NCBI GenBank assembly: GCA_002269645.1
Contig: NIVC01001312.1
Location: forward strand, 54,301 to 118,300
DNA from: Macrostomum lignano
Taxonomy: Eukaryota
Length of the DNA stretch: 64,000 bases
Direction: 5' to 3'
Below, one piece after another: positions 1-10,722 of this stretch. Position 1 is the first letter of the stretch; every line of letters begins with the position of its first letter. The translations under genes were made by a program, and so were the position numbers. The notes below the pieces were generated by a model. That model was not told the origin of the DNA and searched no databases. It saw only the letters and a list, made by a program, of their open reading frames with translations.

Positions 1-1
1 C

Positions 2-190
2 GTCTGGACAAACTACGACGCCTGCTCGTCGGGTCGCTCGACCGAGGCCGATTCTGTCAACTTGGAGGGCGCCGGCGGTTGCTTCATCATTGCACTCAGC
101 CTGTACGGTCTGGGACTGCTGATCCTGCTGGTCGAGCTCTGCTGGACCAAGCTGGCGAAGAAGCAGCCGCTGGACTGTCGAATCTATTGA
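2..190 (+). CDS. Terminal exon (partial) of iGluR/IR-like paralogue 1: end of S2, M4 helix and short C-tail
   Basis: Frame from nt 2 reads VWTNYDACSSGRSTEADSVNLEGAGGCFIIALSLYGLGLLILLVELCWTKLAKKQPLDCRIY* (TGA 188-190). It aligns residue for residue with exon 12 of the three downstream paralogues. The rest of the gene lies upstream of the window. Confidence 0.9.
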   Translation, partial: VWTNYDACSSGRSTEADSVNLEGAGGCFIIALSLYGLGLLILLVELCWTKLAKKQPLDCRIY

Positions 191-1289
191 ATCTCAGAGG
201 ATTCAAGTTGATTGATTTCGCAGAACTGGGTCGTTCGCAGATTACTGACCAATCATTAGCTGCAGACAACTGGTAACTGTCAGCGGTTGTTTACAGCAAA
301 CGGTTGGAACTTAAAGTTTATCGTCAACACCACTGCAAGCAAGCACGGGGCCTACAAAACTATTTCCAGCACTGTCTATGATAAAAGGGTCGATTCAACG
401 CAAAATTGCAACGATTCCCTTACGCAATCTTTCACTGCAATCTTTCACTGAAAGTATTGCGGCTGATACACAAAAGTACAGTGCAAAATTTACAAACTAT
501 AGTTTTAGAACATAGCATATCAATAAATTCTTTTCTACTATTTCTTTTCAATATATTAGAATCGCTATGAAATTCTACACGCATAGCAAGTTTTCCACAC
601 AATTTCTTAAAGTTTTTTAAAAAGTACTAAGCATCGCATTGCACAAAATTATCCAAAAATGCGTTTTTATTTACTTTTGCACTTCTCAGTTTCAATTAAA
701 ATTAATTTTAGGCTTAACCTGGCATTAAAAATAACGAATTCCCTCAAACCGCATGAACTATCAGACTCAGCCTTTGTACAGTATCGTTTAATATCGAGTG
801 TCTGTGCTTTAAAGCACTCATGGGCGAGGTTGAAAACATAAGAAAATCATAACAAACGTGTACCACCAACTGTGCTTTACAACGATGAGCAATTATAGCT
901 AAGCTTTCATTTGATTTTAGCTCATGGATAATCATAATCTACTGCTCATCGTTAAGCCTACGTGCATGAAATTTGCTAGTAAATGCGAACCTTTTACTAA
1001 AATACTTTCACTACTACTGCATGTGTCCGGCTCTCGCAAGTCAGGACCGCTGTGCACCCTGTGTGAGCGTGTGTTTGAATGCGTGCTTGGCTTCGCTCTC
1101 TCAACCAGCAAATTGCCGAGACTCGAGCTCGCGACTCAGCCAGCAAAGCCGCAGCTAGCGCTGTCAATCACCACATCCAAGGCGAAGACGCTCGCCACTC
1201 TGCCGAGTCCCAGCTTCAGTCTCCGGCTATGTCTGTGGGCGAGACCGGCACTTGGTCACCGCCTCTGTCCGGCGAGGGACAGCAGATCT

Positions 1290-1863
1290 GCCTCCCAGAG
1301 TGTCAGTTGCTAGGCCAGCCTCCCAGATCCCCAGTTGCTGGGCCAGCCTCCCAGATCCTCAGTTGCTAGGCCAGCCTCCCAGATCCCCAGTTGCTGGGCC
1401 AGCCTCCCAGATCCTCAGTTGCTAGGCCAGCCTCCCAGATCCCCAGTTGCTGGGCCAGCCTCCCAGATCCCCAGTTGCTGGACAAGCCTCCCAGATCCTC
1501 AGTTGCTGGGCCAGCCTCCCAGATCCTCAGTTGCTGGGCCAGCCTCCCAGATCCCCAGTTGCTGGACAAGCCTCCCAGATTCCCAGTTGCTGGGCCAGCC
1601 TCCCAGATCCCCAGTTGCTGGACAAGCCTCCCAGATCCTCAGTTGCTGGGCCAGCCTCCCAGATCCTCAGTTGCTGGACCAGCCTCCCAGATCCTCAGTT
1701 GCTGGGCCAGCCTCCCAGATCCCCAGTTGCTGGGCCAGCCTCCCAGATCCTCAGTTGCTGGGCCAGCCTCCCAGATCCTCAGTTGCTGGACAAGCCTCCC
1801 AGATCCCCAGTTGCTGGGCCAGCCTCCTGGATCCCCAGTTGCTGGGCCAGCCTCCCAGATCCC
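1290..1863. repeat. 28-bp minisatellite (CAGTTGCTGGGCCAGCCTCCCAGATCCY), about 20 copies
   Basis: Direct tandem repeat visible in sequence; it explains the overlapping repetitive ORFs at 1335-2105. Confidence 0.95.
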
Positions 1864-1970
1864 TAGCTTCATCAGTCAGCACTGAACCCCGCAGGCAGCA
1901 GCAGCATTCGCACAGTGATGGCTTGAACGCATCGGCGGTGCACCAGCCCCACCACCACCCTGCCCCACCA

Positions 1971-2252
1971 TCTACCATACCAATCTGGCTATCTACCATA
2001 CCAATCTGTCTATCTACCATACCAATCTGCCTATCTACCATACCAATCTGCCTATCTACCATACCAATCTGTCTATTTACCATACCAATCTGTCTATTCT
2101 ACTAGACTAATCTGCCTATCTACCATGCCAATCTGTCTATTCTACTAGACTAATCTCCCTATTGACCATACCAATCTGTCTATTCTACTAGACTAATCTC
2201 CCTATTTACCATACCAATCTGTCTATTCTACTAGACTAATCTGCCTATCTAC
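1971..2252. repeat. 21/22-bp minisatellite (TCTACCATACCAATCTGTCTA and TTCTACTAGACTAATCTGCCTA variants)
   Basis: Six 21-mers followed by alternating 22/21-mer variants. Confidence 0.9.
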
Positions 2253-3044
2253 TAGGGGCCAAAAGAGAATGGAATAAAAATTATTTAATAAACTACATGT
2301 AGCTCCTTGACATCTCAGTCTTAACATCTCAGAAATTCTCCCGCAAGCCTTGATGACACTGTGAAAATGGATGCAGTGCTACTGACTTAGTCACAAAATA
2401 GAAATTTTAACACATGTTTTCTTTAAAGTCACTACAAAGTTAAATTCCTCCTACAAGAAGTGTTCCGCTCAAAGGACAAAAGAGGCTCAGAAAAAGTGTG
2501 GGACAAAGATTAGGAACGAACCATGTCACACATTTTGCTAAATTTTTTTACTGTAAGACTGTGGAAGTATTGAACGTTCTTTTAGAATAGTTATTCGATT
2601 AGAGCCTCATCTTTAAACTTTGTTGAGTTTGTGGTTTTAGGACAGTGTGTGGTAGGCCACTGCAAGCAGTGAGCTTCGCTCTTCATTAAGGCCATTGGAG
2701 ACAAACGGTAGTAGCACTGTGTTCGTGTGCATGTTTACTGAGGTCATGGTGACACTAGGCCGACAGGAAAGAATGTCTCAATACTCCACACGGTTAAAGA
2801 GAAAAAAAATCAATGCATAGCAACGTTAATTGGGCTCAGGTTTTTTAAAAACAAATCAAAAGTTTCCGATAATGCGGAGCCACAAACCGTTAAATCCATC
2901 GGAAGAAAACTGACCCATTGAAAATTAAAACTTAATTTGAGACTGGACGAAGCAAGAGACTTTAATTGTCTTCTATGCAGAAATACGAGTAAACTAATTA
3001 ACTAAGGTTACACATTTAATTTAATAGCACAAGTTGTAGCTGTG

Positions 3045-3467
<423 letters not shown>

Positions 3468-3798
3468 TGTACAGTTTGAAAATCTTAATGCATCAAAATG
3501 AATTTACGCTGACGAATTAAAAATCTAGCCCTGGGTGCCTTTAACGAGAACAAATTTTCCCTATCAAATTACAAATCGGTTTAATCCTAATGGAGCTTGA
3601 ATCGATTAAGATTCTCAAAGCTAAGGCAAAGTGACCGAAAAAACCACTTCAATAGTGGAAGCAAAGAAACCACGGCGCTTGGTTGAAAACTCAATAATGG
3701 CAAATCGACGATTCCTAACAAAAGCACACTGATGACAACTATTTAAGAAAATTAACTGACTTTGAAAAAGCAATTTTCTACTTCAGAGAAATCTAAAA

Positions 3799-6700
3799 AT
3801 GTACAGGTATATTTCACTCATTTTAAGCTCATTGCTATTTGGCTCCAGTGCGCTGGACTTCAAGATAGGCGTGATCACGGAGGCCGGGAACTTGAACAGC
3901 TCGCTCATCGACGTCGCCTTCGCCAGACGGGTCAACTACAACTGGAGAGTGCTGCAGGGCCACACACTCTCATATGTGCATGTCAATGTGAGCTCGTGCA
4001 GCTCACACCAGGCTGTCAGGACTGGTGAGTTGAAGCATTTGCTACGCGACTCAATCGCTGCTCTGCTCAACCTGCTCAATCAATGCACACAATTGAAGCA
4101 TGAATTGCACGAATGCAAGTGTGAGTGCGAGCTGTGAGACTGTGCATGTGTCTGTGTGTCTCGCTCCGCAGTGTGCTCGGAGAGCGGCCTGTCAGGTCTG
4201 ATTGGCGTCGGCAGCTGCTCTCTGCTGGATGAAGTGAGCTCACTGAGCAAGTCTCTGCAGCTGCCGCTGATCGCCCTGCCGACTGGACTGTGCGACTCTG
4301 CTCGGCTGAGCAAAGGTAACAGATCGACGTATGGCATTTTTGCATTTCTAATTATCTATCTTTATCCGGTTTCGACATGAAATCACGCGGAAATTGCAGA
4401 CATGACCATCGTTGGCAGCCACAGCTCGGAAAACATCGTCGGTGCAGCTGCTTCAATCGTTAACTCGGATTTCATAGTTAGCAGTGTGGGAATTTTCTAC
4501 GATGGTCTCCAGAGTGAGTGATGTGGTTAAAGGAAAATGTGACGTTTGCATTTTTGTTTTATAACTAGACATATCTTATTTAATCAAAACACAATTAGTA
4601 CTGGTAAATGTACTCCCATCATGATTCAAGTCTGCATTTGGTCACTGCAGGCACAACTGTGGTGCAGAACCTGCAGTCCAGCCTCTCCTCTGTCGGTGTG
4701 AGTAGTCTCACATTCCGAGTGGACGACACTGTCAACGCTTCTGTTACTCCTGACCTGGTGCACCACCTCAAGCGGCTGGTCAAGAAGAAAGTGTTCAAGC
4801 TGCTGCTGTTCGCCTCTCCTCGCAATGCTCTCAGTGTGCTCAGGCTCGCCAGGGAAGCTGCAGTGATGCAGCAGAACTACTTCTGGCTCGTGCTCGACAC
4901 CGGACTGTCCAAGGCCGATGTGCTCAGCGTGACGCCGACGAACGCGAACGTCGCTCTGCTGAGAGGCAGCGTGTTCACCGAGTGCACAGCAGCAGTGATG
5001 GATGTGTTTCCTCAGTGCCAGACGGACTGGCTTCGGGTGAGCGTTTCATGTGTGCTGCTTGATGGCTGCAGGGATTCATCATGCAGCTCCGCACGTGTGC
5101 AATGCATGCCTCTGTCGCACTCGATCTCGCACTCGATCGTCGCATTTGCATTCGACAGACTCTGGACGCTCGCTTCGTAGACGCCGTAGAAGCCATGGCC
5201 AAGGCGCTCAACGACTCGCTGCTGGATCCGGGATTCTCTCCCGGCAACGCCTCGTGTGCGCCACTGCGCCACTGGACATCGGGCTCGACTGTGTTCAACA
5301 GACTCATGAGTGTGAGTGAGCTCACTAGCTAGCAAGCATTGACAAGCATTATTAGTTTCGAGCTGGTCTCTTCCCAATCCTACTCGATGTGCAGATCAGC
5401 GACTATGACACTCAGCGAGGCCTGATCTCGTTCAACAGCTCGACCAGACACTTCAGCTCGCAACGAGTCGAAGTGGTCGCGTCCTACAATGAGCTGTGGT
5501 CGTCTCCGGTCTCGATGCTGAGGTCAGCTCAGTTCGATGCATTGAGCGGAGCTCTGAGCAAGCTGTTCCGCTACAAGGGAGTCAGCTTGGCATTCCCCAA
5601 CACCTTCATGGGGTTCAAGAACCAGACTATTATTATTTGTGCTCCTGAGGTATGTATGGCATGAGAACTGATTTGAATGTGTTTGAACTTTCTAACTACA
5701 AATTACATTCATCTCTGCATTGACTACTTCAGAGTGCTCCAATGACTGTGTTTTAGCAGAAGTTTGCAAACAAGACTGTTGTAATGAGTGGAATGGTTTT
5801 AGATTTGCTTCAGGTTTTATCAAAAAAGCTTGAGTTCAAGTAAGTTTGTGTTGACCTCGTTTGCCGTTTATATTGAATCGTACAAGTAGGAGTCCAAAGG
5901 CATCAGCATTGATTTTTAGGTTCATTACAAAGGACTCCCACGATGGAAACTGGGGCTCTCCTCAAAGCGACTCAGTGTATTTCACTGGATGTGTTGGGGA
6001 GCTCCAACGAGGCGTAAGTAGAATGATGTTTTTATTAAAGGCTAATCGATTCTAAGAAGCTTTTCGCAACGTTTTTAGGAAGCAGCAGTTGCAGCGGGTC
6101 CTTTCACAAAGACTACCATTCGTGACTCTGTCGTGGACTTTTCAGCACCACTTTTCGAAGAGTCCAATGCAATTCTAATCCCGAGACCGCCGCCAGAGTC
6201 AAAACTCTGGAACGTGTTTGCACCGTTTTCAATTGGAATCTGGATGATGATAGTTGCCGCCATGCTGGTGGCAGCATTTGTCACTTGGATAATAGCCTAC
6301 TTTTCGCCGTTCACGGCTTACACTTTGAATCTGGATTACGCAATCGCTGACGAGATCTGGCTGCAGGAGTACCTGTGGAGCATCATTGGCAGCTTTATGC
6401 AGCAAGGCCAGGACTTTTATCCATTCTGCATGTCCTCGAGAACTGTTCTGGCCTTCTGGTGGTTGTTTACAGTCATAATCTATGCTTCGTATACAGGTGA
6501 GACCTGGGGTTCCATAGTATTAGCTCAGTATTAGTATTGGTTTTTGCATGCTAAGTGGGACATTTTTCAAGCAATCTGAGACTGAATAGCAAAAACACTA
6601 TTGTCTATGGCCACCCCTCGCTGCAGCCCAGCTTTTTGGGCGCGCCTTGCAAGTAAATTGAGACATTTTTTCAAGCTAAGTGAGAACCATATTGAAAACA

Positions 6701-8597
6701 AAGGGGTGGTTTTACGAAATTACAAAATGATGTACTGTCGGAAACTATATATTTAGAAAAGGATACGCAGGAACACAACCAAACAAGCGGTACAAAAATT
6801 GTTGATAATGTTATAAGCGTTCAAATAAAGGGTTGCATGTTGATACACTGAGCAAACTTTCGAGTGCAGTGGAGCTCCCAGCCTGCGATCTTGTGCGGAG
6901 CAATGACATGCAGCGATTCTCTTCCAAGCCGATCCATCAGCATGTATCGCCAATCATCTCGTGTCATGCCTGGTGGGCAAACGTTTTCCTCAGCCACGAT
7001 TGCGGGCTCTACAAGGCGACGCTTAATCTCATTCTTAAGAGCGCTGTGCGCCATCTCCACGGGATTCAAAAACGGCGAGTACGCCGGGAAAATTTGCAGA
7101 CGAATGAGATCCTCAAACTGCTCAGGTATCTCAATCCCTTGGTGAAAATTTGGACCATCGAAAATGAGACTTTGTTTTCAATATGGTTCTCACTAAGCTT
7201 TAAAAAATTTCTCACTTTGCTTGCAAGGCGATCCCAAAAAGCTGGGCTGCAGCGAGGGGTGGCCATAGACAATAGTGTTTTTGCTATTCAGTCTCAGATT
7301 GCTTGAAAAATGTCTCACTTAGCATGCAAAAACCAATATTAGTCCATGGCTCTACACGTGTACTTGCTACACTGTAAATGGAAGTTGTAGAATATGTTAC
7401 AGTAAGCAGACTCTCTATAGCTTTTAATTTTTGCTTCCAGGTGATCTGACTGCGCACCTGACTGTAACGGTGACAGACTATCCAATCAAGACCCTTCAGG
7501 ACCTGGTGTCGCAGACAGCTATTAAGCCCTACGTTTCTGTTGGAACTAATCTGCACACTTTGCTGACTCAGTCGAACTCTGGAATTTACAAACAGATGGC
7601 CGACATGATGGTTGAGATTGGTCCGTACGAAGAATGCCCATCGTTTGTAAGTCCACTAAACGCTTGTTTATTAAATGCCAGAATATTTCCCAGCTTTTTT
7701 CAAATCACGAGTACACTGAATGATTTGATGCGTATTTTTTGTAACTTGGATTTTTCCTCATGTGTTGACAGCCTCGGAAAGCTGATGAAGGCTGCATGAA
7801 CGATTATTCATTTCTTCTGGCAATCGCAATGAAAAATTGTTCTGAATACTATGTGGCCGATGAGCTGTTCAACACGGCGACTTTGGCTTTCATGTTTCCG
7901 GAGGACGCATACTATGCGGATTCGTTTAATTTTCAGTGAGCAATTTTACTTAAAATTTATGACACGGGCTACTTTTCCTGCAGTACTGCTTCAAAATGCG
8001 CAAGATTTATTTTACTGAAGTAAAAACTTTCTATCAGAAAGGTGATGCAAACTTAGACACTGGAGTAGAGATCTAGACTTCATGTAAAGTGTTTTTCAGT
8101 GTTCTAGATCTGGCTTGAATTCCTAGTAGGAGAATGGTTTGATAAAATTGATATTTGGTTTTAAACTAAAAAACAATAGCTATTTGCAGTAGGTTATGAG
8201 CACCCTTACGTTGACATAAAATCCTAGTATTTATATATCCCTTTAATCTGCTAGAGCCCAAAGCAGAGACCTAGATGAGATGTCTTGAAGTTCCTAAGAT
8301 TAAAATAGCCTGACCTGCAGTTGGTTTGTCCACAGCTAAATTGGTTCAACGTAATTCAGATTGCAGAAGCTGCACGAGTCGGGTCAAATACAGCGCTGGT
8401 TCGAGTTCTATTGGTCCAGCGACACAGTTTGCACCGTTGGAAAATCAGCCGAAGCCGATGCTATTAACCTGGAAGGCGTAGGTGGCTGCTTCATCATCGC
8501 CCTGAGTCTGTTCGTGGCTGGACTTCTCATTTTGACGATTGAACTGATCTGGACTAATCTGGCCAAAAAGCAACCCCTTGACTGCCTGATTTACTGA
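3799..8597 (+). pseudogene. iGluR/IR-like paralogue 2: 12 exons, 834 aa if read through, one in-frame TAG at 5754-5756
   Basis: Exons 3799-4024, 4172-4315, 4400-4513, 4651-5036, 5159-5311, 5395-5649, 5733-5839, 5920-6013, 6079-6496, 7441-7646, 7772-7935, 8360-8597. All introns are GT-AG with consistent phases. The product has a signal peptide, an ATD, S1 (DGNWG, GELQRG, GPFTKTTIRDSVVDFS), M1, a pore loop (GSFMQQG), M3 (SYTGDLTAHL), S2 and M4. The TAG aligns with CAG (Gln) in paralogue 3. Confidence 0.88.
6537..7336 (-). mobile_element. Internally deleted IS630-Tc1-mariner transposon in intron 9 of paralogue 2; 167-bp TIRs, TA flanks
   Basis: 6537-6703 is an inverted repeat of 7170-7336, with TA on both sides. 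The minus strand from 7168 reads LIFDGPNFH...LQIFPAYSPFLNPVEMAHSALK, the D...YSPxLNPxE catalytic end of an ITm transposase. Confidence 0.85.
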
Positions 8598-8759
8598 TGC
8601 AGATCGTGAAAATTCCAGATTGGGCTACGATTTCTACGTGTTAATCAAGGTTGCTCTATTTCTGTGTGATAGAAGGTATTACTATGATACTTTTTAACAG
8701 ATAATGAAACCCTTTCAAATCAAATTACCTAAGACCAGTCACCGGTACTGGAATAACTA

Positions 8760-9410
8760 CACTCAGCAACAGTCAAAACCGCCACCCTACCGAGAGAGGC
8801 GACTTCTCTCTCACCTCACCTCAACTGCAAGTGACGTAACTTGCGCCACGGCGTGGCTAAAGCTGGGTGAGAGTGAATGCAGGAGAGGGCAATCAGGGGA
8901 TGCACTTTACTTAGCAGATTAGATGTTGCCCCATCTGCTTCTTTCACCCCACATTAGACGGAGCAGGTAGCTGGCGCGGTCGGAGTTCGCCTGACAATCC
9001 GCAGCAGACGTCGATTTGCCCTGGCTGTTGAGCCGCGGAGATCATGGCGCTAGCTGCCTATGGCTGCGTACTGAACACTACCAGTCTCTTGGGACTTCGT
9101 TAACAGCGCTCGAATTGTTGAACGTGATCGGCCAAATTGGCGAGCAGCTGCGCTGATGGTTGCACCAGCTTCTAGCATGCCAACAGCGCGCCATCGTTCA
9201 GCGTCTGTCATATGCCTGACCATTTTCACGTGTACAGTGAATTGAATGTTGCACCCCCAACCCCAACCCCAGTCCCTTTTGTACTCTCACCCTGAAATTC
9301 ACTCTCACCCAGCTTTAGCCACGCCGTGGCGCAAGTTACGTCACTTGCTGTTTAGGTGAGAGAGAAGTCGCCTCTCTCGGTGGGGTGGCGGTTTCGACTG
9401 TTGCTGAGTG
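8760..9410 (-). mobile_element. Tc1-family deletion derivative with about 120-bp TIRs and N-terminal HTH remnant
   Basis: CACTCAGCAACAGTC...GGTGAGAGTGAAT at the left end is inverted at about 9298-9410. Minus ORF 9223-9050 reads MVRHMTDAERWRAVGMLEAGATISAAARQFGRSRSTIRALLTKSQETGSV, a typical Tc1 paired-like HTH. The frame continues after an in-frame stop (NRRLLRIVRRTP). Confidence 0.85.
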
Positions 9411-9778
9411 TGGATATATCACTCGCAAGTCAACCAACCAACTCAAACACTCTTTTTCAGTAGAAGAATCTGAGTTTTCTGATTTTATAACAGTAAAACA
9501 ATACATGTAAATTAATGTACTTTAAACATATTTAAAAATTTAGCATCTGCAAAAATCGCATCTGGCTTTCTAATAGCGGATCCATTAAATTAGCATCTTC
9601 ATCCTGTTTTACCTACCCCCCCCAGACAAGCCTTAGACTTGAAATTTTTTGAAAAGGAAATCAGCTTAAGTCTGAGGATTCTATAAAAATTCAAAACACC
9701 CAAAATATAGAGAGCAGGGTTAGCGACCCAGCCCCAGCCAGGCCGATAAACAGTTTGGCTTTCCTCTTGTTCGCTTGT

Positions 9779-9929
9779 GTCTGACTCTGACCTTTCTCCT
9801 TTCTGCTCTCTCATTGGCTGAGCTAGATTGGGCCTGCCCCCTAGGCTGAATTTCGTCCGTCTGACTTTGACCTCTCTCCTTTCTGCTCTCTCATTGGCTG
9901 AGCAAGATTGGGTCTGCCCCCTAGGCTGA
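9779..9929. repeat. 80-bp tandem duplication (about 1.9 copies)
   Basis: CTGACT..CCTTTCTGCTCTCTCATTGGCTGAGC..GATTGGG..CTGCCCCCTAGGCTGA occurs at 9781 and 9861. Confidence 0.85.
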
Positions 9930-10722
9930 GTTTCTTCAATCTCGCCTTCACTTATGTACATCGAGTTCAATGCCTGTACCTTGTTAATTCTTAACCTCAT
10001 ATGCTCCTGAAGCAAAACTCCGGTTGATTGCGATTGATTTGTCTAGTCATCAAAGTATCTGTGAGGCTAGATGCTACATCTCACTGACGTTGCGGAGAAG
10101 TTTTTTCGTAAAAAGTTAAAACAAATCTTGTGTTTCAACATTATAGTGATTGAGTTTTTTATCCCTTCCTCCGTATTAACGGTAATTTGTTGCAGCAGCA
10201 GGTCTCTGCCGATCGTAGCCACGTCACTAAACTGCCTAGCTGGATTGTTTTGAAAAGTTTTCAGTCTCTAACTCGTACTTATTTGTAGTACATTAGAGAA
10301 CATCGCATAGTTTTTGCACTTCAAGAAGAGCTGCTATAAATTGAGAAAGCGCTGACTAGAGCGCAATAACATTTTAACAAACCTCACTACACTACTACAT
10401 TCACTAAAAAAGCTGAAGCGCGTATTGTTTATTTTCTTAGCACTACACAGAAGTACAATTATTAGCTGGTTTCAGTTTCACATTTACAAGTATTTTTCAC
10501 ACCTTCAACATTATTTGCTATTCTATCCTTTTTGTTTTTATATTACTGTAATTTTTCACTGTAACAGTTGCCGATGCAGCCATGCTTTTTGTGTACTGTA
10601 AAACAATTCACTGTTTTCACTTGAATTAAAACACTGCCACATTGAGTTTGATATGACGCTCAGAGTAACCTAGAGACGACCAGATAGTCTGCTGGATTGA
10701 TCTCAGGGTGGCCGAGAATATA

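Noticed and set aside
1335-2105. Repetitive ORFs over minisatellites (also 18876-19307, 26159-26371, 34798-35095, 50804-52311)
   Set aside because: These are frame-cycling products of tandem repeats whose units are mostly not multiples of 3, with no splice or start support.
4076-5377. Minus-strand ORFs repeated in each receptor copy
   Set aside because: They are antisense shadows of GC-rich iGluR exons, conserved only because the DNA is homogenised.
6833-7306. 157-aa plus-strand ORF in intron 9
   Set aside because: It is antisense to the transposase fragment and runs into the TIR.
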